From NCBI RefSeq assembly GCF_001677475.2, contig NZ_CP015229.1: DNA of 64,000 nt. One strand, given 5' to 3'. Below are positions 27,698 to 38,628 of the stretch, piece by piece. The notes beneath the pieces are model-generated. The model was not told where the DNA came from, made no database searches, and saw nothing but the letters and a program-made list of their open reading frames with translations. Both the position numbers and the translations under genes were made by a program. Numbering within the stretch: position 1 is the stretch's first letter; each line of letters begins with the position of its first letter. This stretch comes from Escherichia coli (GTDB lineage Bacteria; Pseudomonadota; Gammaproteobacteria; Enterobacterales; Enterobacteriaceae).

Positions 27698-27960
27698 GCG
27701 TTCCCGGCCAGATCCGCACCATTGACGGTAACCAGGCTAAAGTCGACGTCTGCGGCATTCAGCGCGATGTCGATTTAACGTTAGTCGGCAGCTGCGATGA
27801 AAACGGTCAGCCGCGCGTGGGCCAGTGGGTACTGGTTCACGTTGGCTTTGCCATGAGCGTAATTAATGAAGCCGAAGCACGCGACACTCTCGACGCCTTA
27901 CAAAACATGTTTGACGTTGAGCCGGATGTCGGCGCGCTGTTGTATGGCGAGGAAAAATAA
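27688..27960 (+). CDS. hypC: Hydrogenase maturation chaperone HypC
   Basis: Start at ATG 27688 giving MCIGVPGQI (invariant N-terminal Cys), 90 aa; overlaps hypB stop. Confidence 0.95.
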   Translation: MCIGVPGQIRTIDGNQAKVDVCGIQRDVDLTLVGSCDENGQPRVGQWVLVHVGFAMSVINEAEARDTLDALQNMFDVEPDVGALLYGEEK

Positions 27961-29081
27961 TGCGTTTTGTTGATGAATATCGCGCGCCGGAACAGGTGAT
28001 GCAGTTAATTGAGCATCTGCGCGAACGTGCTTCACATCTCTCTTACACCGCCGAACGCCCTCTGCGGATTATGGAAGTGTGTGGCGGTCATACCCACGCC
28101 ATTTTTAAATTCGGCCTCGACCAGTTACTGCCGGAAAACGTTGAGTTTATCCACGGTCCGGGTTGCCCGGTGTGCGTACTGCCAATGGGTAGAATCGACA
28201 CCTGCGTGGAGATTGCCAGCCATCCGGAAGTCATCTTCTGTACCTTTGGCGATGCCATGCGCGTACCAGGGAAACAGGGTTCGCTGTTGCAGGCAAAAGC
28301 ACGCGGTGCCGATGTGCGCATCGTTTACTCGCCAATGGATGCGTTGAAACTGGCGCAGGAGAATCCAACCCGTAAAGTGGTATTCTTCGGCTTAGGTTTT
28401 GAAACCACCATGCCGACCACCGCCATCACGTTGCAACAGGCAAAAGCCCGCGATGTGCAGAATTTTTACTTCTTCTGCCAGCACATTACGCTCATCCCAA
28501 CACTGCGCAGTTTGCTGGAACAGCCGGATAACGGTATCGACGCGTTCCTCGCGCCGGGCCACGTTAGTATGGTTATCGGCACAGATGCCTATAATTTTAT
28601 CGCCAGCGATTTTAATCGTCCGCTGGTGGTCGCTGGTTTCGAACCACTTGATCTACTACAAGGCGTGGTGATGCTGGTAGAGCAGAAAATAGCGGCCCAC
28701 AGCAAAGTAGAGAATCAGTACCGTAGGGTGGTGCCTGACGCAGGTAACCTGCTGGCGCAACAGGCGATAGCCGACGTGTTCTGTGTTAACGGCGATAGCG
28801 AATGGCGTGGCCTTGGGGTGATCGAATCTTCTGGCGTGCATCTGACGCCGGATTATCAACGATTCGATGCCGAAGCACATTTCCGCCCGGCACCGCAGCA
28901 GGTCTGCGATGACCCGCGTGCGCGTTGTGGCGAAGTATTAACGGGCAAATGTAAGCCGCATCAATGCCCGCTATTTGGTAACACCTGTAATCCTCAAACC
29001 GCGTTTGGTGCACTGATGGTCTCCTCCGAAGGAGCGTGCGCTGCGTGGTATCAGTATCGTCAGCAGGAGAGTGAAGCGTGA
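27960..29081 (+). CDS. hypD: Hydrogenase maturation Fe-S protein HypD
   Basis: 373 aa ORF with CGGHTHA and GPGCPVC motifs. Confidence 0.95.
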   Translation: MRFVDEYRAPEQVMQLIEHLRERASHLSYTAERPLRIMEVCGGHTHAIFKFGLDQLLPENVEFIHGPGCPVCVLPMGRIDTCVEIASHPEVIFCTFGDAMRVPGKQGSLLQAKARGADVRIVYSPMDALKLAQENPTRKVVFFGLGFETTMPTTAITLQQAKARDVQNFYFFCQHITLIPTLRSLLEQPDNGIDAFLAPGHVSMVIGTDAYNFIASDFNRPLVVAGFEPLDLLQGVVMLVEQKIAAHSKVENQYRRVVPDAGNLLAQQAIADVFCVNGDSEWRGLGVIESSGVHLTPDYQRFDAEAHFRPAPQQVCDDPRARCGEVLTGKCKPHQCPLFGNTCNPQTAFGALMVSSEGACAAWYQYRQQESEA

Positions 29082-30088
29082 ATAATATCCAACTCGCCCA
29101 CGGCAGCGGCGGCCAGGCGATGCAGCAATTAATCAACAGCCTGTTTATGGAAGCCTTTGCCAACCCGTGGCTGGCAGAGCAGGAAGATCAGGCACGTCTT
29201 GATCTGGCGCAGCTGGTAGCGGAAGGCGACCGTCTGGCGTTCTCCACCGACAGTTACGTCATTGACCCGCTGTTTTTCCCTGGCGGCAATATCGGCAAGC
29301 TGGCGATTTGCGGCACCGCGAATGACGTTGCGGTCAGTGGCGCTATTCAGCGCTATCTCTCCTGTGGCTTTATCCTCGAAGAAGGATTGCCGATGGAGAC
29401 ACTGAAAGCCGTAGTGACCAGCATGGCAGAAACCGCCCGCGCGGCAGGTATTGCCATTGTTACTGGCGATACTAAAGTGGTGCAGCGCGGCGCGGCAGAT
29501 AAACTGTTTATCAACACCGCTGGCATGGGCGCAATTCCGGCGAATATTCACTGGGGCGCAAAGACGCTAACCGCAGGCGATGTATTGCTGGTGAGCGGTA
29601 CACTCGGCGACCACGGGGCGACTATACTTAACCTGCGTGAGCAGCTGGGGCTGGATGGCGAACTGGTCAGCGACTGCGCGGTGCTGACGCCGCTTATTCA
29701 GACGCTGCGTGACATTCCCGGCGTGAAAGCGCTGCGTGATGCCACCCGTGGTGGTGTAAACGCGGTGGTTCATGAGTTCGCGGCAGCCTGCGGTTGTGGT
29801 ATTGAAATTTCAGAAGCGGCACTGCCGGTTAAACCTGCCGTGCGCGGCGTTTGCGAACTGCTGGGACTGGACGCTCTGAACTTTGCCAACGAAGGCAAAC
29901 TAGTAATAGCCGTTGAACGCAACGCAGCAGAGCAAGTTTTGGCAGCGTTACATTCCCATCCACTGGGAAAAGACGCGGCGCTGATTGGTGAAGTGGTGGA
30001 ACGTAAAGGTGTTCGTCTTGCTGGTCTGTATGGCGTGAAACGAACCCTCGATTTACCACACGCCGAACCGCTTCCGCGTATATGCTAA
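29078..30088 (+). CDS. hypE: Hydrogenase maturation carbamoyl dehydratase HypE
   Basis: 336 aa ORF, PurM-like fold, C-terminal PRIC. Confidence 0.95.
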   Translation: MNNIQLAHGSGGQAMQQLINSLFMEAFANPWLAEQEDQARLDLAQLVAEGDRLAFSTDSYVIDPLFFPGGNIGKLAICGTANDVAVSGAIQRYLSCGFILEEGLPMETLKAVVTSMAETARAAGIAIVTGDTKVVQRGAADKLFINTAGMGAIPANIHWGAKTLTAGDVLLVSGTLGDHGATILNLREQLGLDGELVSDCAVLTPLIQTLRDIPGVKALRDATRGGVNAVVHEFAAACGCGIEISEAALPVKPAVRGVCELLGLDALNFANEGKLVIAVERNAAEQVLAALHSHPLGKDAALIGEVVERKGVRLAGLYGVKRTLDLPHAEPLPRIC

Positions 30089-30161
30089 TAAAATTCTAAA
30101 TCTCCTATAGTTAGTCAATGACCTTTTGCACCGCTTTGCGGTGCTTTCCTGGAAGAACAAA

Positions 30162-32240
30162 ATGTCATATACACCGATGAGTGATCTCGGACAGCAAGGG
30201 TTGTTCGACATCACTCGGACACTATTGCAGCAGCCCGATCTGGCCTCGCTGTGTGAGGCTCTTTCGCAACTGGTAAAGCGTTCTGCGCTCGCCGACAACG
30301 CGGCTATTGTGTTGTGGCAAGCGCAGACTCAACGTGCGTCTTATTACGCGTCGCGTGAAAAAGACACCCCCATTAAATATGAAGACGAAACTGTTCTGGC
30401 ACACGGTCCGGTACGCAGCATTTTGTCGCGCCCTGATACGCTGCATTGCAGTTACGAAGAATTTTGTGAAACCTGGCCGCAGCTGGCCGCAGGTGGGCTA
30501 TACCCAAAATTTGCTCACTATTGTCTGATGCCACTGGCGGCGGAAGGGCATATTTTTGGTGGCTGTGAATTTATTCGTTATGACGATCGCCCCTGGAGCG
30601 AAAAAGAGTTCAATCGTCTGCAAACATTTACGCAGATCGTTTCTGTCGTCACCGAACAAATCCAGAGTCGCGTCGTTAACAATGTTGACTATGAGTTGTT
30701 ATGCCGGGAACGCGATAACTTCCGCATCCTGGTCGCCATCACCAACGCGGTGCTTTCCCGCCTGGATATGGACGAACTGGTCAGCGAAGTCGCCAAAGAA
30801 ATCCATTACTATTTCGACATTGATGATATCAGCATCGTCTTACGCAGCCACCGTAAAAACAAACTCAACATCTACTCCACTCACTATCTTGATAAACAGC
30901 ATCCCGCCCACGAACAGAGCGAAGTCGATGAAGCCGGAACCCTCACCGAACGCGTCTTCAAAAGTAAAGAGATGCTGTTGATTAATCTCCACGAGCGGGA
31001 CGATTTAGCCCCCTATGAACGTATGTTGTTCGACACTTGGGGCAACCAGATTCAAACCTTGTGCCTGTTACCGCTGATGTCTGGCGACACCATGCTGGGC
31101 GTGCTAAAACTGGCGCAATGCGAAGAGAAAGTATTTACCACTACCAATCTGAATTTACTGCGCCAGATTGCCGAACGTGTGGCAATCGCTGTCGATAACG
31201 CCCTCGCCTATCAGGAAATTCATCGTCTGAAAGAACGGCTGGTTGATGAAAACCTCGCCCTGACCGAGCAGCTCAACAATGTTGATAGTGAATTTGGCGA
31301 GATTATTGGCCGCAGCGAAGCCATGTACAGCGTACTTAAACAAGTTGAAATGGTGGCGCAAAGTGACAGTACCGTTCTGATCCTCGGTGAAACTGGCACG
31401 GGTAAAGAGCTGATTGCCCGTGCTATCCATAATCTCAGTGGGCGTAATAATCGCCGCATGGTCAAAATGAACTGCGCGGCGATGCCTGCCGGATTGCTGG
31501 AGAGTGATCTGTTTGGTCATGAGCGTGGGGCTTTTACCGGTGCCAGCGCCCAGCGCATTGGTCGTTTTGAACTGGCGGATAAAAGCTCCCTGTTCCTCGA
31601 CGAAGTGGGCGATATGCCACTGGAGTTACAGCCGAAGTTGCTGCGTGTATTACAGGAACAGGAGTTTGAACGTCTTGGCAGCAACAAAATCATTCAGACG
31701 GACGTACGTCTAATCGCCGCAACTAACCGCGATCTGAAAAAAATGGTCGCCGACCGAGAGTTCCGTAGCGATCTCTATTACCGCCTGAACGTATTCCCGA
31801 TTCACCTGCCGCCACTACGCGAGCGTCCGGAAGATATTCCGCTGCTGGCGAAAGCCTTTACCTTCAAAATTGCCCGCCGACTGGGGCGCAATATCGACAG
31901 CATTCCTGCCGAGACACTGCGCATATTGAGCAACATGGAATGGCCGGGTAACGTACGCGAACTGGAAAATGTCATTGAGCGCGCGGTATTGCTAACACGC
32001 GGCAACGTGCTGCAGCTGTCATTGCCAGATATTGCTTTACCGGAGCCTGAAACGCCGCCTGCCGCAACGGTTGTCGCTCAGGAGGGCGAAGATGAATATC
32101 AGTTGATTGTTCGCGTGCTGAAAGAAACAAACGGCGTGGTTGCCGGGCCTAAAGGCGCTGCGCAACGTCTGGGGCTGAAACGCACGACTCTGCTGTCACG
32201 GATGAAGCGACTGGGAATTGATAAATCGGCATTGATTTAA
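30162..32240 (+). CDS. fhlA: Formate hydrogenlyase transcriptional activator, sigma54-dependent
   Basis: Start at ATG 30162 (MSYTPMSDLGQQGLFD) gives 692 aa; two GAF-like N-terminal domains, AAA+ core with GETGTGKE and GAFTGA, C-terminal HTH. Confidence 0.95.
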   Translation: MSYTPMSDLGQQGLFDITRTLLQQPDLASLCEALSQLVKRSALADNAAIVLWQAQTQRASYYASREKDTPIKYEDETVLAHGPVRSILSRPDTLHCSYEEFCETWPQLAAGGLYPKFAHYCLMPLAAEGHIFGGCEFIRYDDRPWSEKEFNRLQTFTQIVSVVTEQIQSRVVNNVDYELLCRERDNFRILVAITNAVLSRLDMDELVSEVAKEIHYYFDIDDISIVLRSHRKNKLNIYSTHYLDKQHPAHEQSEVDEAGTLTERVFKSKEMLLINLHERDDLAPYERMLFDTWGNQIQTLCLLPLMSGDTMLGVLKLAQCEEKVFTTTNLNLLRQIAERVAIAVDNALAYQEIHRLKERLVDENLALTEQLNNVDSEFGEIIGRSEAMYSVLKQVEMVAQSDSTVLILGETGTGKELIARAIHNLSGRNNRRMVKMNCAAMPAGLLESDLFGHERGAFTGASAQRIGRFELADKSSLFLDEVGDMPLELQPKLLRVLQEQEFERLGSNKIIQTDVRLIAATNRDLKKMVADREFRSDLYYRLNVFPIHLPPLRERPEDIPLLAKAFTFKIARRLGRNIDSIPAETLRILSNMEWPGNVRELENVIERAVLLTRGNVLQLSLPDIALPEPETPPAATVVAQEGEDEYQLIVRVLKETNGVVAGPKGAAQRLGLKRTTLLSRMKRLGIDKSALI

Positions 32241-32284
32241 CAGATGTGGTTATACTCGATCAACATTCAATGAAAGGAGGCAGT

Positions 32285-32713
32285 ATGGCAGTTTCAGCAA
32301 GAAATCAATTAACCGGAACAGTTAGCGCAGTAGCAATGGGCGCGGTGAATGACGAAGTAGAACTGACGCTGGCAGGTGGTGCAAAGCTGGTGGCAATTGT
32401 GACTCACAGCAGCCAGCAGGCTCTGGGTCTGGCGAAAGGGAAAGAAGCGATTGCCCTGATTAAAGCCCCGTGGGTAACGCTGGCAACGGAAGACTGTGGA
32501 CTGAAATTCTCTGCTCGCAACCAGTTTGCTGGCAGCGTGTCGACAATCACCGAAGGCGCAGTGAACGCCACTGTCCATATCAAAACGGATGCGGGTTTTG
32601 AAATTGTGGCAGTGGTAACAAATGAAAGTCAGGATGAAATGAAACTCACCACTGGCTCACGCGTTATTGCATTGATCAAAGCATCAGCCATCCTGATTGC
32701 CACCAAAGCGTAA
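32285..32713 (+). CDS. Tandem Mop-domain (TOBE) molybdate/tungstate-binding protein (molbindin)
   Basis: ATG at 32285 preceded by GGAGG at 32275-32279; 142 aa made of two ~70 aa repeats each starting with the Mop signature SARNQ(L/F)xGxV. The track start at 32246 is an upstream extension. Confidence 0.8.
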   Translation: MAVSARNQLTGTVSAVAMGAVNDEVELTLAGGAKLVAIVTHSSQQALGLAKGKEAIALIKAPWVTLATEDCGLKFSARNQFAGSVSTITEGAVNATVHIKTDAGFEIVAVVTNESQDEMKLTTGSRVIALIKASAILIATKA

Positions 32714-32724
32714 GCGCCTTATTT

Positions 32725-32760
32725 GCCGGAGAGTATGGCTCTCCGGCAGATTTATTTCTT
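32725..32760. terminator. Bidirectional rho-independent terminator between mop-like gene (+) and ygbA (-)
   Basis: 9 bp stem gccggagag / ctctccggc with 5 nt loop, followed by agatttatttcttt. Confidence 0.7.
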
Positions 32761-33096
32761 TGGACGATATTTTTCTGGCAACTCCGGCACCGGACGCTTG
32801 TCATCGATGAGATGACGCACAGTTAAGATCGGGTGACGCCACAGCATTCTCGGCCCGGCCCAACGCATAATCTGTTTCATCTCTTCACGCTTTGCAGGCT
32901 GGTAACAGTGCACCGGACACTGCTTACAGGCTGGTTTCTCTTCGCCGAACACACATTTATCCAGCCGCTTTTGCGCGTAAGTAAACAACGCCTCATAATG
33001 CTCCGGCTCCGCTGACGCCTGCGGGCATTTCGCTTGATAAAGATCGATCATTTTTTTAATCGTCAGTTTTTCACGAGAGATACGCTTGCCGGACAT
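32752..33096 (-). CDS. ygbA: Cys-rich small protein YgbA
   Basis: 114 aa ORF with CxxC pairs, located immediately upstream of and divergent from mutS as in E. coli. Confidence 0.8.
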   Translation of the reverse strand: MSGKRISREKLTIKKMIDLYQAKCPQASAEPEHYEALFTYAQKRLDKCVFGEEKPACKQCPVHCYQPAKREEMKQIMRWAGPRMLWRHPILTVRHLIDDKRPVPELPEKYRPKK

Positions 33097-33382
33097 GCTG
33101 CCTCCATACTCTTAAGGTGTATTTATATTACAACTTAATTTGAAAGGGGACTATGGCTCTGAAGGAGGAGGTTTATTCAACCGACGCAATTTTGCGTACT
33201 TGCTTCATAATCATCACGCAAAAGCTGCAAAACAGCATCTTTCCCGGAATCACCATCAAGAACTCGCCGTTCGCTTCTTCCCCTGAAATGATTAACTCCG
33301 GTATCATGTGCGCCTTATGTGATTACAACGAAAATAAAAACCATCACACCCCATTTAATATCAGGGAACCGGACATAACCCC

Positions 33383-35944
33383 ATGAGTGCAATAGAAAAT
33401 TTCGACGCCCATACGCCCATGATGCAGCAGTATCTCAAGCTGAAAGCCCAGCATCCCGAGATCCTGCTGTTTTACCGGATGGGTGATTTTTATGAACTGT
33501 TTTATGACGACGCAAAACGTGCGTCGCAACTGCTGGATATTTCACTGACCAAACGCGGTGCTTCAGCGGGAGAGCCGATCCCGATGGCGGGGATTCCCTA
33601 CCATGCAGTGGAAAACTACCTCGCCAAACTGGTGAATCAGGGCGAGTCCGTTGCCATCTGCGAACAAATTGGCGATCCGGCGACCAGCAAAGGTCCGGTT
33701 GAGCGCAAAGTTGTGCGTATCGTTACGCCTGGCACCATCAGCGATGAAGCCCTGTTGCAGGAGCGTCAGGACAACCTGTTGGCGGCTATCTGGCAGGACA
33801 GTAAAGGTTTCGGCTACGCGACGCTGGATATTAGTTCCGGTCGTTTTCGCCTGAGCGAACCGGCTGACCGGGAAACGATGGCGGCAGAACTGCAACGCAC
33901 TAATCCTGCGGAACTGCTGTATGCAGAAGATTTTGCTGAAATGTCGTTAATTGAAGGTCGTCGCGGTCTGCGCCGTCGCCCGCTGTGGGAGTTTGAAATC
34001 GACACCGCGCGCCAGCAGTTAAACCTGCAATTTGGCACTCGTGATCTGGTCGGTTTTGGCGTCGAGAACGCGCCGCGCGGACTTTGTGCTGCCGGTTGTC
34101 TGTTGCAGTATGCGAAAGATACCCAACGCACGACCCTGCCGCATATTCGTTCTATCACCATGGAACGTGAGCAGGACAGCATCATTATGGATGCCGCGAC
34201 GCGTCGTAACCTGGAAATTACCCAGAACCTGGCGGGCGGTGCGGAAAACACGCTGGCTTCAGTGCTCGACTGCACTGTAACGCCGATGGGTAGTCGTATG
34301 CTGAAACGCTGGCTGCATATGCCAGTGCGCGATACCCGCGTGTTGCTTGAGCGCCAGCAAACTATTGGCGCATTGCAGGATTTCACCGCCGAGCTGCAGC
34401 CGGTACTGCGTCAGGTCGGCGACCTGGAACGTATTCTGGCACGTCTGGCTTTACGAACAGCTCGCCCACGCGATCTGGCCCGTATGCGTCACGCTTTCCA
34501 GCAACTGCCGGAGTTGCGTGCGCAGTTAGAAACTGTCGATAGCGCTCCGGTGCAGGCGCTACGTGAGAAGATGGGCGAGTTTGCCGAGCTGCGCGATCTG
34601 CTGGAGCGAGCAATCATCGACACACCGCCAGTGCTGGTACGCGACGGTGGTGTTATCGCATCAGGCTATAACGAAGAGCTGGATGAGTGGCGCGCGCTGG
34701 CTGACGGCGCGACCGATTATCTGGAGCGTCTGGAAGTCCGCGAGCGTGAACGTACCGGCCTGGACACGCTGAAAGTTGGCTTTAATGCGGTGCACGGCTA
34801 CTACATTCAGATCAGCCGTGGGCAAAGCCACCTGGCACCGATTAACTACATGCGCCGCCAGACGCTGAAAAACGCCGAACGCTACATTATTCCAGAGCTA
34901 AAAGAGTACGAAGATAAAGTTCTCACCTCAAAAGGCAAAGCACTGGCACTGGAAAAACAGCTTTATGAAGAGCTGTTCGACTTGCTGTTGCCGCATCTGG
35001 AAGCGTTGCAACAGAGCGCGAGCGCGCTGGCGGAACTCGACGTGCTGGTTAACCTGGCGGAACGGGCCTATACCCTGAACTACACCTGCCCGACCTTTAT
35101 TGATAAACCGGGTATTCGCATCACCGAAGGCCGCCATCCGGTGGTTGAACAGGTACTGAACGAGCCATTTATCGCCAACCCGCTGAACCTGTCGCCGCAG
35201 CGTCGCATGTTGATCATTACCGGTCCGAATATGGGCGGTAAAAGTACCTATATGCGCCAGACCGCACTGATTGCGCTGATGGCGTATATCGGCAGCTATG
35301 TACCGGCACAAAAAGTCGAGATTGGACCTATCGATCGCATCTTTACCCGCGTAGGGGCAGCGGATGATCTGGCATCCGGGCGTTCAACCTTTATGGTGGA
35401 GATGACCGAAACCGCTAATATTCTGCATAACGCCACCGAGTACAGCCTGGTGTTGATGGATGAGATTGGGCGCGGGACGTCCACTTACGATGGCCTGTCG
35501 CTGGCGTGGGCGTGCGCGGAAAATCTGGCGAATAAGATTAAAGCGTTGACGCTGTTTGCCACCCACTATTTCGAGCTGACCCAGTTACCGGAGAAAATGG
35601 AAGGCGTCGCCAACGTGCATCTCGATGCACTGGAGCACGGCGACACCATTGCCTTTATGCACAGCGTGCAGGATGGCGCGGCGAGCAAAAGCTACGGCCT
35701 GGCGGTTGCAGCTCTGGCAGGCGTGCCAAAAGAGGTTATTAAGCGCGCACGGCAAAAACTGCGTGAGCTGGAAAGCATTTCGCCGAACGCCGCCGCTACG
35801 CAAGTGGATGGTACGCAAATGTCTTTGCTGTCCGTACCAGAAGAAACTTCGCCTGCGGTCGAGGCACTGGAAAACCTCGACCCGGATTCACTGACTCCGC
35901 GTCAGGCGCTGGAATGGATTTATCGCTTGAAGAGTCTGGTGTAA
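33383..35944 (+). CDS. mutS: DNA mismatch repair protein MutS
   Basis: 853 aa intact ORF with Walker [10 protein letters not shown] and the N-terminal mismatch-binding GDFYELF motif. Confidence 0.97.
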
Positions 35945-35950
35945 TAACAA

Positions 35951-35977
35951 TTCCCGATAGTCTTTTGCTATCGGGAA
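35951..35977 (+). terminator. Stem-loop immediately after mutS (candidate terminator)
   Basis: Perfect 10 bp inverted repeat ttcccgatag / ctatcgggaa with 7 nt loop; weak T-tract. Confidence 0.5.
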
Positions 35978-36049
35978 TATTAACGACAACTGACGAATCA
36001 AATAAAAATACCCTGTATAATAGGAAATCTTATTTTACAGGGTAAAACC

Positions 36050-36706
36050 ATGCCATCTACACGCTATCAAAAAATTAATGCCCATCACTATCGTTATATA
36101 TGGGCCGTTGGTGATATTCATGGTGACTATCAATTATTACAATCCCGCTTACATCAACTCTCTTTTTGCCCTGAAACCGACTTACTTATTTCTGTCGGCG
36201 ATAATATTGATCGTGGGCCGGAGAGTCTTAACGTACTACGCCTGTTAAACCAGCCCTGGTTTACATCGGTTAAAGGCAACCATGAAGCGATGGCGCTTGA
36301 TGCATTCGAAACTGGCGATGGAAATATGTGGCTTGCCAGCGGCGGCGACTGGTTCTTTGAATTAAATGAGACGGAACAACAAGAAGCAATAAATCTGTTG
36401 CTGAAATTTCATCGCCTTCCACATATTATTGAAATCACTAACGACATAATAAAATATGTCATCGCACATGCAGATTATCCGGGGAATGAATATCTCTTTG
36501 GCAAAGAAATAGCGGAGAGCGAATTACTCTGGCCTGTTGATCGTGTGCAGAAATCACTTAATGGCGAGTTACAACAAATAAACGGCGCTGATTATTTTAT
36601 ATTTGGACATATGATGTTTGATAACATTCAGACGTTCGCTAACCAGATTTATATTGATACCGGATCGCCGAAAAGCGGGCGGCTGTCATTTTATAAAATA
36701 AAGTAG
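36050..36706 (+). CDS. pphB: Serine/threonine protein phosphatase 2 (PPP family)
   Basis: 218 aa ORF with metallophosphatase GDIHGD, GDNIDRG and GNHE motifs. Confidence 0.93.
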   Translation: MPSTRYQKINAHHYRYIWAVGDIHGDYQLLQSRLHQLSFCPETDLLISVGDNIDRGPESLNVLRLLNQPWFTSVKGNHEAMALDAFETGDGNMWLASGGDWFFELNETEQQEAINLLLKFHRLPHIIEITNDIIKYVIAHADYPGNEYLFGKEIAESELLWPVDRVQKSLNGELQQINGADYFIFGHMMFDNIQTFANQIYIDTGSPKSGRLSFYKIK

Positions 36707-36710
36707 TCTC

Positions 36711-36738
36711 ATGCTTCTTCTGTGAAGCATGAGTAACC
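36711..36738. terminator. Stem-loop between convergent pphB and ygbI
   Basis: ctcatgcttc ttctgt gaagcatgag, 10 bp stem. Confidence 0.5.
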
Positions 36739-36756
36739 CGGTGTTATTGCAGGCCA

Positions 36757-37554
36757 TTATTCATTTTTCGCTACCAGCAAAGAGAGATCCTGCTTCGCCA
36801 GCGCGCGACTGGCACTCTCCGGCAAACCGTCGTCTGTAATGATCTGATCAAACTCGCTTAATGGTAACGCCAGCCATGTCGCCACCTGACCATATTTCGT
36901 CGCATCACAGACCAAAACTCGCTGGCGGCTGGCACTGGCAATCGCCCGTTTCACCGTGACTTTATCTTCCGCTGGCGTAGAAATCCCCCGCACACTCCAT
37001 GACGATGCAGAAATAAAAGCCTGATCAATCATCAGGCTGCGCAGCATAGTCGCAGCGGCTTCCCCGACACAGGAACGGTTTTCCCGACACACTGCACCGC
37101 CAGTGTGAATAATTGTGCAATTACTATTGTCGAGCAAGTAGTCTGCAATAACGAAATCGTTTGTGACCACAGTCAGTGACTCCATGTGAATCAGATGCTG
37201 TGCTATCGCTAACGTGGTCGTTCCCGCATCCAGATAGATACAACTTCCCGGCTGAACAAGACTTGCCGCCAGCTTGCCAATAGCCGCTTTTTGCGTCATT
37301 GCCAGCGCAGTTTTTACCTGATGAGAAGGTTCATGCGCCACGCGTCCCGGAGACTGGACGCCTCCGGACACCAGCACAACGGCTCCCTGCTGCTCCAGTT
37401 TTTGTAAATCCCGACGAATGGTCATATGTGACACATTCATTCTGTCCGTTAGTTCAGCAATACTGACAATGCCTTTTTCAGCTACCATCTCAAGGATGAT
37501 TTGGCGACGCTCTACGGGTATCAACTTTTGCTCCTTCCTTTGTCCTGCTGACAT
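36757..37554 (-). CDS. ygbI: DeoR-family transcriptional regulator of the ygbJKLMN cluster
   Basis: ORF with N-terminal HTH and DeoR C-terminal domain; ATG at 37552-37554. The true start may be about 10 codons downstream. Confidence 0.85.
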   Translation of the reverse strand: MSAGQRKEQKLIPVERRQIILEMVAEKGIVSIAELTDRMNVSHMTIRRDLQKLEQQGAVVLVSGGVQSPGRVAHEPSHQVKTALAMTQKAAIGKLAASLVQPGSCIYLDAGTTTLAIAQHLIHMESLTVVTNDFVIADYLLDNSNCTIIHTGGAVCRENRSCVGEAAATMLRSLMIDQAFISASSWSVRGISTPAEDKVTVKRAIASASRQRVLVCDATKYGQVATWLALPLSEFDQIITDDGLPESASRALAKQDLSLLVAKNE

Positions 37555-37719
37555 TCTACGCTATTTGCCTGCGAAACGTGCGCGGCGCAACTAATGCTTA
37601 GTTCACATAAAATAACACACAATGTTAATTTTTGTGAATCAGCTCACCATATCGTTATCTTCCAGCGCTTATATTCACAATATCAAACAAAATATCACTT
37701 AAATTAACAAGGAGAGAAG

Positions 37720-38628
37720 ATGAAAACGGGATCTGAGTTTCATGTCGGTATCGTTGGCTTAGGGTCAATGGGAATGGGAGCAGCACTGTCATGTGTCCGC
37801 GCAGGTCTTTCTACCTGGGGCGCAGACCTGAACAGCAATGCCTGCGCTACGTTGAAAGAGGCAGGTGCTTGCGGGGTTTCTGATAACGCCGCGACGTTTG
37901 CCGAAAAACTGGACGCTCTGCTGGTGCTGGTGGTCAATGCGACCCAGGTTAAACAGGTGCTGTTTGGTGAAACAGGCGTTGCACAACATCTGAAACCCGG
38001 TACGGCAGTAATGGTTTCTTCCACTATCGCTAGTGCTGATGCGCAAGAAATTGCTACCGCTCTGGCTGGATTCGATCTGGAAATGCTGGATGCGCCAGTT
38101 TCTGGTGGTGCAGTAAAAGCCGCTAACGGTGAAATGACTGTCATGGCCTCCGGTAGCGATATTGCCTTTGAACGACTGGCACCCGTGCTGGAAGCCGTTG
38201 CCGGAAAAGTTTATCGCATCGGTGCAGAACCGGGACTAGGTTCGACCGTAAAAATTATTCACCAGTTGTTAGCGGGCGTACATATTGCTGCCGGAGCCGA
38301 AGCGATGGCACTTGCAGCCCGTGCGGGGATCCCGCTGGATGTGATGTATGACGTCGTGACCAATGCCGCCGGAAATTCCTGGATGTTCGAAAACCGGATG
38401 CGTCATGTGGTGGATGGCGATTACACCCCGCATTCAGCCGTCGATATTTTTGTTAAGGATCTTGGTCTGGTTGCCGATACAGCCAAAGCCCTGCACTTCC
38501 CGCTGCCATTGGCCTCAACAGCATTGAATATGTTCACCAGCGCCAGTAACGCGGGTTACGGGAAAGAAGACGATAGCGCAGTTATCAAGATTTTCTCTGG
38601 CATCACTCTACCGGGAGCGAAATCATGA
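37720..38628 (+). CDS. ygbJ: NAD-dependent 3-hydroxyisobutyrate-dehydrogenase-family enzyme (L-threonate dehydrogenase type)
   Basis: 302 aa ORF with N-terminal GIVGLGSMG Rossmann motif. Confidence 0.9.
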   Translation: MKTGSEFHVGIVGLGSMGMGAALSCVRAGLSTWGADLNSNACATLKEAGACGVSDNAATFAEKLDALLVLVVNATQVKQVLFGETGVAQHLKPGTAVMVSSTIASADAQEIATALAGFDLEMLDAPVSGGAVKAANGEMTVMASGSDIAFERLAPVLEAVAGKVYRIGAEPGLGSTVKIIHQLLAGVHIAAGAEAMALAARAGIPLDVMYDVVTNAAGNSWMFENRMRHVVDGDYTPHSAVDIFVKDLGLVADTAKALHFPLPLASTALNMFTSASNAGYGKEDDSAVIKIFSGITLPGAKS

